In this document: piece by piece, positions 34,194 through 47,596 of the stretch
Position numbering within the stretch: the first letter of the stretch is position 1
Layout of the letters: every line of letters starts with the position of its first letter
Source: Magallana gigas
Taxonomy: Eukaryota
DNA: 64,000 bases
Direction: 5' to 3'
Assembly: GCF_963853765.1 (NCBI RefSeq)
Contig: NC_088859.1
Coordinates: forward strand, 1,736,001-1,800,000
Notes under the pieces: generated by a model
Databases searched by the model: none
The model's input: the letters and a program-made list of their open reading frames with translations, nothing else
Told to the model about the DNA's origin: nothing
Position numbers and translations under genes: made by a program

Positions 34194-37100
34194 CTAAGTT
34201 TCTTTGATGATTTTTTCCTTGATGTCCCTTTTCCTGATTGCCTGTCGATGGAATTTCTCCCTGAATCCCGTCTCATTAAATTTATACGATGGCTCTTCGA
34301 GATAAAACACACTCGTATTCTTTTTCGAAGCCAATTTCAAATCCAAGTGTTTCTCTGTTACACCCTTATCCAAGTCGGAGAGATCCTGGGCCTCACTGTG
34401 TTCTACAGGGGACTGTGGAATCGGGTCCTTCCTGCTGGAATCTTCAATCTTGCGTTTATAAGACAAACTTTTGCAGAAACACGAAAATTTCTTCAATTTC
34501 CTGAATTTGTCGAGTTCCTCGCGCAAACCTTTGAATTTAGGCAGTAGTGAATCTGCCAACACATTGATGGCTTCTTCATTCTTGATGTGGGGCCTAAGTT
34601 GTTCCCATCCCTTTTTGGGGTCACCACATTGGTTTATGTCCCGCATGACCTTGGTAGGAATGACCTTCTGGGTGTAACATTTGTCGATGACCTCACGAGG
34701 TGGAACGTTTTCAATAATTTTACAGACGATGCACTTCAAGCGTCCATGTTTCTTTTCTTTATACATTATACTGAGCGATCGTTTCAGTGTTGTGTGGATG
34801 TGCCTGTAGTCTGGTTCCAACGCTTCCATAAAGCTCACAAAAGAACCGTGTCCGCGCTGTTCCAACATCAGCAGAAGGCTTCTTGCCTTTTCCCTTCTCC
34901 CTCCTCCTCTCCTTATATCCTCAGCATCACTAGCTGTAATGGCCTCCTCAGATATCAGCCGGTCCAAGATATCTGTGTCACTCAGGTCAATGTCTTTCAA
35001 AATGGTTTCATGTTCCTGAATCAGAACGTCTTTGTAAAGGCTGGCACATGCATCTGGAAGATCTAAAACGAGAATATGTCAAAAAAAAAAATTTGAACTT
35101 GGATAAACCGTTTGAAATCTAGCATGCAGGGAAATGCACTAACGAAGAAAAATATTCGAAGAACTGATGTACCATCTAATTTTATACTCCATGTGAATGA
35201 CTCGTCACTAGTACTGTTACTACTGGTATCGCTCAGATACACCGCAGGGTGGCGTTTGATCTTTGGTCTGATGCGCCATGGTAACACGTTGTTCGGACCC
35301 TTGTCTGTGAACAGCAACTTATTGTCCCTTGGTGTCGCATTCCCAGCATCCTCCCCATACAACTTATTGTCCCTTGGTGTCGCATTCCCAGCATCCTCCC
35401 CATACAACTTATTGTCCCTTGGTGTCGCATTCCCAGCATCCTCCCCATACAGCTTTATCTCGATTCGCGACACCCGCTCTGTGAGAAAATCTAGTTTCAC
35501 ATTGGTAGCTCTCAGCTCATTTAACAACGTGTTCTGGAGTTCGGCAAACATAGACTGTAAATGCATGTATACACGAGTAGGATTAGAGGGTTAGAACAAA
35601 CCATCGGCGGGTACATTCACACGTCGCTTAACAGAACTGACTTTGTCATTATGACTTACAGGTATTTTGTTGGGAGTTACCTTATTTTTTTTTCCGCATA
35701 ATCAAATTTTATGCACTATCTAAACTGTGTTTGCCTAAAATTATGTTAAGCTATACCGCTTTCATCCTTTGTAATTCAAATAAATATGCTGGTAATACCT
35801 GCAAAGGTACGGTGTGTTTACAAAGTGGGTGTGTTACTAAGAAATTATTTTGGGCTTACTCAATTCACAAATTGCACATTTTTCATGCTTCTGCTTCGTA
35901 GAACTTGCATTTTATTCACTTTGTTAATGCAAATAAAGAGTGGGGAAAATCACTACAGAACTTTACTTCCTGAATTTATTTATTTAATCAGCCAAATTTT
36001 TGTGTTGACTGTTTACCTTTCACTTTTACATTTTTTTATTGCATAATTTAATTATTATTTAATATGTCTGTATTAAACTTTTTGAATTTCGACTTAAAGT
36101 TTATACATGTTTTTTATTTGTGTATTATACCATGACATGAATATTTCCTTAACAACGCGAATAGAAAATCGCACCGATACATTTTTTACTAAGGGATGCA
36201 AAGACCGCATGAAAATTGAAGATGGAGCATTGCAATGTAACATGCCATATACGTATCACTTTTTTCAATACAAAACCGTCTTAGTCTATTTAAGAGAACA
36301 CATGTATATGTTTCCTAAAACCTGTTAAATTTTTTCTCGAAGCATAAGAAAAAATATTTCCAAAATTAACATATTACAGATTCTGCCTTAGAACAGTACA
36401 ATACTGTTTTCAAATTTCAAATTTTTACGCCTGGTAAATAACAGTTTTATGATTGGATAATCTTAAAAAGATCTGAGTCTTTTGATTTGTAACGATATTC
36501 AGGAAACAGCACAGAAGGAAACACATTGGAACTTGTTCGACTATTTTACGATAAGATAGAAAACTTCATAAGGACAAACATCCCCGGTTCCTGCTGTTAC
36601 GAATAGGCACATTGGCTGATATTTATTTGATAAAAGACTTACCTTCAAGTGTCCAGTGAAGTCTCCACACTCCTCGGCATACCTAAGTATTAAGTGTCAT
36701 AAGAATTAGGTCGGACATCGTGGTACATAGTAAATATTAAGTCGTACATACGAGATACTTAGTCGTATATACGATATGCTAAGTCGTACATATACAAACT
36801 ACTAAGTCGTACATACGACTAAGTCGTATATACGAGCTACTAGGTCGTACATACGAGCTACTAAATCGTACATAAGATGTACTAAGTCGTACATACGAGA
36901 TGCTACGTCGTTCATACGAGTTGCTAAGTCTTACATACGAGATGATAAGTTGTACGCACAAGATACTAAGTCGTGCATACGAAATAATATGTCGTACATA
37001 CGAGATGCAATAAGTCCTACATAAGAGACGTATGTACAGGATACTATGTCCTACGTTCAAGATATCACATCATGATAACGAACCATTTTGTCTTTATTAC

Positions 37101-38237
37101 GAGAAACTATCTCGTTATAACGAGACACTATCCCATACATGTACGTATGACTTGGCATCTCGTATGTATGACTAAGTAAAAATTTTATTCAATTGGCATC
37201 AATAGGTTAGCTATATTTCGAACATGGTGCGCCAAAAAGTTGAGGAAGAATTCATTTTATATTACACATAAAAACAAAATTACTCAAATTAAAAAATGCC
37301 TTTATGTGAACTTTGAGAAGTGATAAAATGATATGAGCCTTTGTATATACTATATAGCCAAACAATGGCGGTTAGGAAACCAATTCTTTTGAAATAATAA
37401 ATTAAACTAAGTGATAAAACGTAACTACATATTGTACTAGTATATTATCCACATTTAATTACTATTTGATTTTTATGTTCACCTCCACGCTCAGTCTAGC
37501 TGTATTTTTAAGTGACTATGCCTACATATCTGTGCATAAGTGGGTGTATTGTATAAAAATCTTGATAGTGAATACGGATGCATATACCTGTATCTACACT
37601 GATAAGATGTTTTAACGTTTGTTTAGTAATCTTCTCTTCTCTGAGTTATTCTGTTTACAAAGCCCCGTCAGATTTTACGCATTGTTTTTTTTTAATTTTT
37701 TTTAAATATGCACTAAATAGATATATTGCAGGAGGTTTCATGAATTTGCTGATTGGTTGCGATAGAAGGTAAACTTCCTAATTTCACATATTTTCTTAAT
37801 CACACAAATTGTGTAAGTATCTGAGAGAATATAACAAAAACATCTTATATGTTCAAATCAAAGTAAAAAATGGCTGTATAGTTTATATAATTTTAAGAAT
37901 TGGACTCATCTACAATTTAATATGTGGAAAATGCCAAACACCCTTGCTTGAAATGTAGCCAATAAACTATTTTTGGTTCCCTCATTTTACTTTACCTATA
38001 TTATATCCAAGTGATGCATCACTTTAAAAAATTTAAGTTAAAACTATCTAGTTAAAACAATATCAGCGAACTTGAAATAATAAATAAAACATGTAAAAAG
38101 TGGCAAAGTATACATAGCTGCCGTGACAAAAGCATCCATCATGATGACAGTCTCAGGCCTGTTTGTATTAAAGGAAGACATACTAACTTCAAATATGTAA
38201 TAACCTACCCTGAATCTTCTTTCTGCAACGAAGCCAT
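34194..38237 (-). CDS. Uncharacterised CARD-domain protein, paralog 1 (DSG motif, coiled coil, 15-aa repeats, CARD, CARD-like), 439 aa
   Basis: Exons 38209-38237, 36643-36682, 35173-35554, 34194-35062; phases 2/0/1 consistent (1320 nt). N-terminus MASLQKEDSGYAEECGDFTGHLKSMF. CARD: YKDVLIQEHETILKDIDLSDTDILDRLISEEAIT...RREKARSLLLMLEQRGHGSFVSFMEALEPDYRHI. Confidence 0.8.
35316..35456 (-). repeat. Coding 45-bp tandem repeat, three copies (KLYGEDAGNATPRDN)
   Basis: Three identical units starting at 35316, 35361, 35406. They account for the exact 90-nt length difference from the paralog-2 exon. Confidence 0.95.
36720..37560. repeat. Block with about 21-bp subrepeats (AAGTCGTACATACGAGATACT), duplicated at about 38680-39365
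   Basis: Both the subrepeat array and the unique sequence after it recur about 1.9 kb downstream. Confidence 0.75.
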
Positions 38238-40923
38238 CTCCGTGCCTAGACGTGATCAAATCATCGCTAGTCACTAACTCCATGCATTGTTTCACGATCA
38301 ATAAGGTGCTGCTATAACCCTGTTTATTTTCGAATAGATAAATTTAAAAAAAAATGAAAATACCTGTGTAGAATCGTTTAAGGGTTGAACATTCTTGATT
38401 CATTGTCAGTTGCTTAAGTTTATCTGAAGGGGAAGTCTTTAGGAAAGTCTGATGAGACTTTACCCGATGACCTCTAAATCAGATACTAGTTTCTAAGAGA
38501 TTTGTTTTCAACAACCAGTTCTTTCCATACCACAACAGAAAAAATGTTGTAAAAACCGAAAATGATAATTTGATGCAATAATGGAACAATTCAGAAAATT
38601 TGCCATATTGAAATCCCTGACAAAATGGTTATCCAAATTTCCGTAGGCAAAGTCCGGTTATTGCAATGGTAATAGAAAATCGTACATACGAAATATTACT
38701 TCGTACATACGAGATTCTTAGTCGTACATATGAGATGCTATGTCGTACATACGAGATACTAGATCGTACATACAAAATGCTAAGTCGTGCATACGAGATA
38801 CTCAGTCGTACTATATACGAGATATACTATATACTACATAAGAGACGTATGTACAAGATACTATGTCCTACTTTCAAGATATCACATCATGATAACGAAA
38901 CATTTTGTCGTTATTACGGGAAACTATCACGTTATAACGAGACACTATCCGAATACATGTACATGTACGATTTGGAATCTCGTATATATGTCTATATTAA
39001 ATAAAAATTATTTTGATTCGGCGGCAATAGGTTATCTTGGATAAGCTATATTTCGATTACAATGCGCCAAAAAGCTGAGGATGATCTTCATTTTGTATTA
39101 CACATAAAAATAAGTAAAATATGCCTATGCATGTACCTTGAGAAGAGATAATTTGGTATCAATGAGCCTTTGTATAAACTATATTATAATAGTCAAACGA
39201 TGACGGTTAGGGAAACCAACCAATAATACAAGTACAAAGTTTTAATAGTTTTTCATCATCCACATAAAAATACGACTTGATTTTTTGATGTGCACCTCCG
39301 CGCTCTATCTAGCTGTATTTTAAGTGACTATGCCTACGCGTCTGTGCGTAAGTGGGTGTAATGTATTCAATGCGGATATATGGGACATTATCTGCGTCAT
39401 TCGGAAGTTAAACATGGACAAAGTAACCTCTCCCGATCTGTCCTTTGAATATGCATTGCTTCACGGTCAATAAAGTGCAAACTGTCGTAACAAGGTTTAT
39501 CTTCGTGTAGATAAATAAAAAAGTGAAACTACCTGACGGGTGTAGAATCTTTTAACCAAAGGCTGAACATTCTTGATTCTTTTTCAGTTGCTAAAGTTTA
39601 TCTGAAGGGGAAGTCTTCGGGAAAGTCTCACAAGATTTTACCCGATTTTTTTAGCCTGTTGCTCCATAAGCAAATAAAGAACGTATATAGCGAACAAGAT
39701 TATCTGATGCGTGTGTCTTACGATTTACTCCAACATATAAATGTGTATTTTTTGTATATATAACTTGTAATGTAAAAACAACTGATTTTTGTAGCGGATT
39801 CATTAATCAAATAGTGCAATTTAAGGTTCAAATGGAGGAGTTGATTTAAAAATCAACTTAAAAAACCCAAATGCATTAAAAATAGAAATAACGCTAAAAA
39901 GGGATCTTACCCTCTCTGCTGTCCTTCTGCTCCATAAGTTATATTGAAAAATTATCGCCTTAGTGGTATAAAATATATTTTATAGTATAAGCCAAAGAAC
40001 CTTTCTCTATAATAAAATTTAAAGCGGTCAAACAATGTTTTTCAATATATTAAAAAAAATCGACACAAATGTTGCTTGGGGATGGCGCTGTGCTGCTGTC
40101 TTTAATTAAAGATTACCTCCAATATTAGCTGAAATGTTTTTAAAAAGTATTGTGAAGAAAAGAAAACACAATCGATCTAATGTATCATTTTTTGTACAAA
40201 AGCAAAGACTAAAATCGAAAAGACTTCTAAATCAGATACTAGTAACTATTAGTTTGGGGTTTTTTCTATACAACAAAAAACAATTTTTGTAAAAAAAAAA
40301 AAAAAAAACAAACGAAAAGCTATTTCTAGTAAAAAATGCAATGATTGAACAATTCAGAAATTTTGTCATCTTCAAATGTTTGACAAAATGGTTATCCAAA
40401 TTTAATTCACTGGTAAAATTGGCAGACGGGAGGCTGCCAAAAGGGTACCCAAAACTCTTCCTACAGTTTGCATGATAGGACGTTTTTTGCTTTGCAGATC
40501 AATTGTACAAATATTAGAGATGTACATATTACTTGGATTTTTATTATTGTTAATTTTGGCGAAAAATACTAGCGGTTGAACTTTTCTTGCATTTTTTGGG
40601 CATATTACTAGGATTTTGGTTTTTGATGCCCCAAAAAAGAATACCAGCTGTTGAACTTGATTATTATTTTTTTAATTGCAAATAGGGTAACCTTATTTTC
40701 CGGATAACTCCTCTGACCTTTTTCATGATTGGAGATTTTGTTTTACGGACCAATTGTACACACACTAGTACATCAGAGGTGTGGGTATTGCTTAGATTTT
40801 GATAATTTATGCAAAAAAAAACCATCTGTTGAACTATTGACATATAATGTTATAGATCTATGGTATTCCAAACATTTACATTCATTGAAAACTTTCCTTG
40901 ATACATTTGAAACTTAGACACGT

Positions 40924-40933
40924 GGGACTTTCC
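40924..40933 (+). promoter_or_regulatory. Perfect NF-kB consensus site GGGACTTTCC
   Basis: Exact classical kB decamer, 2.7 kb upstream of the paralog-1 ATG. A single motif; function unproven. Confidence 0.3.
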
Positions 40934-41397
40934 TTCTAGATTTTCAATGAGCGTAAATGTAAATATTGAACAGTTTTATTTCAGTTCACATTACATGTAA
41001 CAATTCCAAATGGATTGAATTTATGTATAAATAATTTTAGAAAGGTGTTTTTGAATTACATCGTGATAATGGAGAAACGACTTTGAAATATTGTTAAACA
41101 AACCTGAAACTTGGAATGATACTGGAATTATAGGAACCTTGAATTATTCCAGCTTCAGCAGAGAAAAAGATTTCATATAACAGTACACCTAATTTACAAA
41201 TATGTAGGATTACATAATTCCTCTGTTATTGCCAGTGTTTTTGGTTTTTTTATTTAGCAAAACACGATGAGTTTAAACAGGTGTTTTGAACATAAAATCT
41301 ATCATGTCGTGTCATTATCAGCACTTGTCACATTACTGTTTGCAAGAAATGATGCCTGCAATGTTTGTTTTGTCCATTGAAGACTGGTATATATTTC

Positions 41398-44300
41398 TTA
41401 CGTTTCTGGGATTGCTCTTTCCTTCATGTCCTTTTTTCTGATTGCCTGTCGATTAAACTTGTCTCTGAATCCTGTTTCTTTGAATCTACACACTGGCTCC
41501 ATCGCTGGCACAACGGAGTTTGTGTTCTCCTCCGACGTCACTTCCATATCCATATCATTATCTATTACACCCTTATCCAAGTCGGAGAGATCCTGAGCCT
41601 CGCTGTGTTCTATAGGGGACTGTGGAATCGGGTCCTGCCTTTTGGATTCTTCAATCTTGCGTTTAATTGACAACCTCTTGCAAAAACACGAAAATTTCTT
41701 CAATTCACTAAATTTGTCGAATTCCTCGCGCAAACCTTTGAATTTTGGTAGTAGTGAATCTGCCAACACATTGATGGCTTCTTCATTCTTGATGTGGGGC
41801 CTAAGTTGTTCCCATCCCTTTTTGGGGTCACCACATTGGTTTATGTCCCGCATGACCTTGGTAGGAATGACCTTCTGGGTGTAACATTTGTCGATGACCT
41901 CACGAGGTGGAACGTTTTCAATAATTTTACAGACGATGCACTTCAAGCGTCCATGTTTCTTTTCTTTATACATTATACTGAGCGATCGTTTCAGTGTTGT
42001 GTGGATGTGCCTGTAGTCTGGTTCCAACGCTTCCATAAAGCTAACAAAAGAACCGTGTCCGCGCTGTTCCAACATCAGCAGAAGGCTTCTTGCCTTTTCC
42101 CTTCTCCCTCCTCCTCTCCTTATATCCTCAGCATCACTAGCTGTAATGGCCTCCTCAGATATCAGCCGGTCCAAGATATCTGTGTCACTCAGGTCAATGT
42201 CTTTCAAAATGGTTTCATGTTCTTGAATTAGAACGTCTTTGTAAAGGCTGGCACATGCATCTGGAAGATCTACAACGACAATTTCGAAAGTGGTATATAT
42301 ATTTTTTATAGAGAAAAAAATGATATGAAAGATCAGAAAGTCGTGAAGCGCTGATTTACCGTTAACATCCAGTTTCATACGGAACGACCCATCACTGCTA
42401 CTTGTATCAATATCGTCGCTCAGATCCACAGCAGGGAGGCGTTTGATCTTTGGTCTGGTTCGCCCTGATAGCATGTTGACTGGACCCCTGCCCCGCAGCA
42501 GTGTCCTGTCGACACCTGGTGTCAGAGTTTGGTTATCCTCTCCATACAGCTTCATCTCGATTCGAGACACCCGCTCTGTGAGATCATCTAGTTTGTCGTT
42601 TGTGGCTTTTATCTCAGTTAAGAATGTGTTTTGGAAATTGGTAAGCATAGACTACAATGTTTAAAAATACACAATTAAATGCTGTTTCCCAAAATACCTT
42701 ATTATTTTGCTTAACATGGGTGACTAACTCTTTGATTATTAAATAAATTTGTTTCGGTTTTTTATCAACGTCTGTTTTCTATATTCAAAGTACATTCCTT
42801 TATAAGGTTATATTTACAAATCTTTATGTAACCTTAACACACTTTTCATGAAATGGAAAAACTTCAGATACTCTGGTATCACATGTACACGTGAATTTAC
42901 AAGGTGGGCGTTTTAGGTACCTGATTTTTGGGTTTATCCATGCACATATTACATATTTTCGTGCCTTTACATGTAACCTTTTTCCTCCGTGATATCACAT
43001 TTCTCAACTGATACACTAAAAATGTCTAGCTGTATAAACGCATACGATCACTACACTAAACTAAAGACTCGTGGTCCACATCTCTAACCTATACACAATG
43101 GACAACTGTAAATCAAATTGCTAACTAACTGTGCAATAATATCAAATACAACACAATTAAAAATTTTATATAAGCATTATACTTTTATCAGTATTTAACA
43201 CTCTTAACCAAATATCTCCATTAATGTACAAGTAATTTGTAAAGTCCTTTATACAAATCTTTTTTACCCCCCCCCCCCCCCCCCCCCCAAAAAAAAGAAG
43301 AAATTGATTGTGTTCTCTCCTTCGTATTGTATCCCATTTTGTCCCGCTTTTTTCAGTATTTTTTATCGATGGACTATTGCTTGCCACCATGAGTCAACTG
43401 AGGGTTTTTTCTATGCAGAAGCAAATTGAAATCAAGAAACAGTAGTAGTCTGTTTCTGAATATCTTTTGAAAAAAAAGAGCGAATCTTTAAAGGGACTTG
43501 GACACGATTTCAGCTCAAAATCTTCAAATTTTGTTTTTCCATTATGTTTTTCCATTATGTTTTTCCATTATGTGTAGAATGGATAATATCGGTATTGTTA
43601 ATGATTCCTCTAAATTTGAAAATCAAATATCGAGTAACAAGAAGGATTAAGAGTATGAAGTTCTTTGTTTCGTAAACAAAGATCATGTCTTGTTATTGTT
43701 TGCATATGTGTTGTATTGGTATAAGTTTCAATTAAATGGTACTGTCTATTTTTTTTTTTATAATATCATTTATGCACACAGAATCAGTTTATCTTGTTTG
43801 CAACGAGTCATTTTGTCAAAGAAATGGTAAATTCCTTACTTTACGTTTTTTGTAAACAAATATAAGACTCGAGTTTTATTAACATGACAATGATTTCTTA
43901 CTTCTGTATCTCGCTCGTAACTTCACGTCTAACATTCAAATTTTTGTCAATCATTCAAAATGCACATGTAAACCATTTTATCCATTGGTTTACATGCATT
44001 AAAAAATAAAATGTTGATCTTAAATTGTGTCTAAGTCCCTTTAATGAGTACAAAATATTTTTAGAAAAGGACCACTCTTGATAAATAAAAACAGAGAGAT
44101 CCTTTCTGCTTTTGGTGATAATTAAGCAACGATAGTTTGATCGATTCGTTGTTTGAAATATTTGAGGAAGGTGGGCTTCATATATGATATTAATGCTAGA
44201 AGAAATAAAAACAAAAAATCCTATTTTTGCTTTTTGTAATGGTTAACTTCAGGTGCTTTCATGGTTTTAACTTCAACTGCTTTGACATTCTTCTGTCGTT

Positions 44301-46240
44301 GCATTTCTTCTTATGTGAGTCTTAATCCTTACAAGATGTGCATGGTGGACATTTTTACTCATTTTTTGCCATCTTTGTGTAGGTGTAGAAAATTATAGAA
44401 ATTTATAGATATTGCAGTGCTTTTGTCCATTTTGAATTGTATTTATTTCATTGTTGATAACTATGAATTATCTTGAAATATTAACTAAGAATGGTCAAGT
44501 CATATAACATCGATAAGCAAGTTGTTTCAAATTGTGAGATGACATAAATTAGTTGTAGATTGATATCCTCGCAACCAAGTATCTCGGGTAGACAATGTTT
44601 ACATTATTTGAGAATTAATCACTTGAGAAATATTTTTAAAAAAAATCAGTAGTTTAATCCAAACAAAAAATTAATTTAAAAACATGGTATAACCTAGTAT
44701 GTAACTGAATACGCAATGATTCATTTATGTGCATATCATAATGTGGTAAGTTACATGTAGGTTATTCTCACAAAAAGGATTTAAATGACCCGACCTAAAT
44801 ATGAAATTAATGTTCCACACCCCTGGTCATAGGACAACAAAACAAAGTTAAGGTTTTGCACGGAGAGAACATAAGCATGGTGTCTGCTGTCCATATAATT
44901 GTTTAAGATGAATAGAATAATTGTTGAACTAATCAGACTAAGGTCCGAATGTAATGGGCTATCGTACAGTAGATTTAAAAAAAATGTAATTTGTCTTGTT
45001 TAAACCATAAATTTAAATTATCAACTTAAGGTTGATACGCTCGGTTCTGAATGAAAACTTTGAGACCGTGTAAATCTGGTAACGTCTTTGAGGTCAAAGG
45101 GATAGTGTAAATATAGTACGAAAGATTATAAGGAGATCTAAAAACAAACAGAATTTGTGCCGACGCCCTTGCAGTGTTATGGATGACACCAATAAATCAC
45201 TTACCTTAAGGTCTCCTAGTAAGTCCCCGAACTCTTCAGCATACCTATGGACCAAAATAATAACGTCGGGAAAATTAGTACGTAACATTGTCCGCGACGT
45301 TCTGATGCTTCATATAAGTTTTTCTTTCCTTTTATTCAGTTATTATTTAATAAAATATTATTTATTAAAATATTGTACATTCAATACTCAATATTTCTTA
45401 GTTATTGACATTTTAACAGGAAAAAAACCCAAAGCAAACATTGAAAATGAAGATAATAAGATAAATGTATACATGTACATTACAGTGATATCTGATACAT
45501 TTGTAAAAGTGCACATTTTCATTTCTGTTGTAACATGTCTTAATAAATAAAGTAAAGTAATAAATAAATAAAATGTTTTCTCTATTTTAAGACGCCTTGC
45601 ATGTGGTATTTTATCGCTGTCCAATGCTATTATGTCAAATAATATTATGTCAAATGCTAATCTAATCTTATTTTCTATTAATGGTTAATGTTTACATAAA
45701 CATCGAATTACTGAGCTTGTTTGGTCATACACTGCATATGATTGCATCTGATGAGAGAAATCCTGAAGATATGTTTGATATAAATCCCTCTATAAAGTTA
45801 CAAAACAAAACAAACTGTGGACCAAACGTACACTGTCCTTTTCATTACATCAATACATAATGTAAGCATTTGTGTTCTTCTATTTTGATAGATGGCGCAA
45901 ATAACGAGAAATTGATGTACGTGTCGGCAAACTATTAAATGGGCTAAGATTGCGATGTAGATGCAAAGCCTACAGAAATAAAGCTCAAATTAATTTTTTT
46001 TTAATGATAAAAAGCAACTTGTGAACTTTCCACCTTAGTTGCTCTTCAATGTGATCTACTGATAGATACATCGGACTTTCGAAAATCTACTGACTTCTCA
46101 CTGCAAAGTCTATGGTGCACTTCGTGAGAAAATTACGTTAATACTTAGTTTTAAAAGTACTCTATGCACGGGTAGAAAACATAGATCTGTCCCAATCTGA
46201 ATGTATTTACAGAGCCTACTGAAATCTAGATCAGCATACT
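41398..46240 (-). CDS. Uncharacterised CARD-domain protein, paralog 2, 410 aa
   Basis: Exons 46212-46240, 45205-45244, 42360-42651, 41398-42269; same exon sizes and phases as paralog 1 (1233 nt). N-terminus MATLQKADSGYAEEFGDLLGDLKSML. The 90-nt last intron is open, which explains the 416-aa track ORF. Confidence 0.8.
43492..44040. mobile_element. Complete 549-bp MITE with TTAA target duplication (Kolobok/piggyBac-type)
   Basis: TTAA (43488-43491), AGGGACTTGGACACGATT ... AATTGTGTCTAAGTCCCT, TTAA (44041-44044). Confidence 0.8.
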
Positions 46241-46489
46241 TCCAATTATAGTTAAGTTTTTAAGTACCTACCCTGAATCTGCTTTCTGTAAGGTAGCCAT
46301 CTTAATATTTGTGTTTACACACATACATTGTAATATGTCAACGCATGCTCGCCTACGTATTTTAAAGGAATTTAAACATGGGCGAAACCAAATTATTTTA
46401 TTCTTTTAGAAACAAGACTAGATAACTATTGGACCGCGACTCTATTTAAATGGAGCGGTCTGACCGGGTTCAATTTTTATTCAATGAAT

Positions 46490-46600
46490 AATGCTATGCC
46501 CCCTACATGCAAGATAAATTATGTCAACATGCAATAAAATTGTAAACATGCAAGATAATTATGTCTACATGCAAAATAATTATGTTAACATGCAAATTAC
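46490..46600. repeat. Short array of ATGTCAACATGCAAGATAATT-like subrepeats (DNA-element remnant)
   Basis: Four to five degenerate ~21-bp units. Confidence 0.55.
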
Positions 46601-47017
46601 AAATCGTTTTGGAGAATCTTATTTTCATTTGGGTAAAATGACTCACTAATGCCAGACTCTGACATCATAGAGGCAAGTTGCATCTAGTGTATAATAATTA
46701 TTAATATGCATTGCAGCAGATTTCTTTTGTTGAAGGGAGACAAATTTCGCTGGTGTAAAAAGGTGAAAGTATATAACTTTCTAAGATAATTGGTTTGTAT
46801 AAAAAAAAAACAATAATTATTTGTTACTGTTAAAGCCAAAAAAACCGCACCAAGCAGCTTAAATATTCTAAACTGAAGCTCTTAAAATAAACAAGCGAGG
46901 TACGTGCATCAACTGTTTTACGTTTCAAGAGACTCTTGTTTCGCTTCAGTATTTATATTATGGGAAATCACGCTATTTTCGATTCAGCTGTCCCGTGATC
47001 TTTAGTAAGCACTAGTT

Positions 47018-47536
47018 ATGGATGAGGTAAGTATTTTACAATTTTTGACCACATTATTGTATTTTTTTTCTCTGAAAAACATGTTGTCGTTACGTATATA
47101 TAACTAACCAATGGATAACGATTCATTTGTGCAACTTTTACAAATAGTGTCAATGCTGCATGGGCTAAAACAGTCTTCATATGTTTGTATCTTAATGATC
47201 AAAAAACAAAAACAAGAGTAGTTCCTGTTATAATTGTGCGTAGCTGTGTTAATGCTGTAAGTTTACAAGTGTCCTCGATTGAAATAAAAGCGAGCTGCAA
47301 ATAAAAGCACTGTCACATTGTGTCCAAAACGCATTTAAAACTGATTATAATTCTATAAGTTAACACAACATTTCAGGACACTGACGAGGTACAGACTGGG
47401 GCCCATAACCTTCAACAGATCCAGCGACAGATCCACGAGCTGGTGGATGTACTGGACAGTAACGTACAGTTGTTGATGAATCGCCACGGCAATGTAGAGG
47501 AACTGGAGAAACTGGCAGAGCAGCTGAAGGAGAAGG

Positions 47537-47596
<60 letters not shown>

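Noticed and set aside
34248-35594. Plus-strand ORFs over the CARD exons (also 41365-42664)
   Set aside because: Antisense shadows of minus-strand coding sequence.
36779-39044. Tyr/Arg/Ser-rich ORFs at 36779-37060 and 38666-39044
   Set aside because: Translations of the 21-bp subrepeat arrays.
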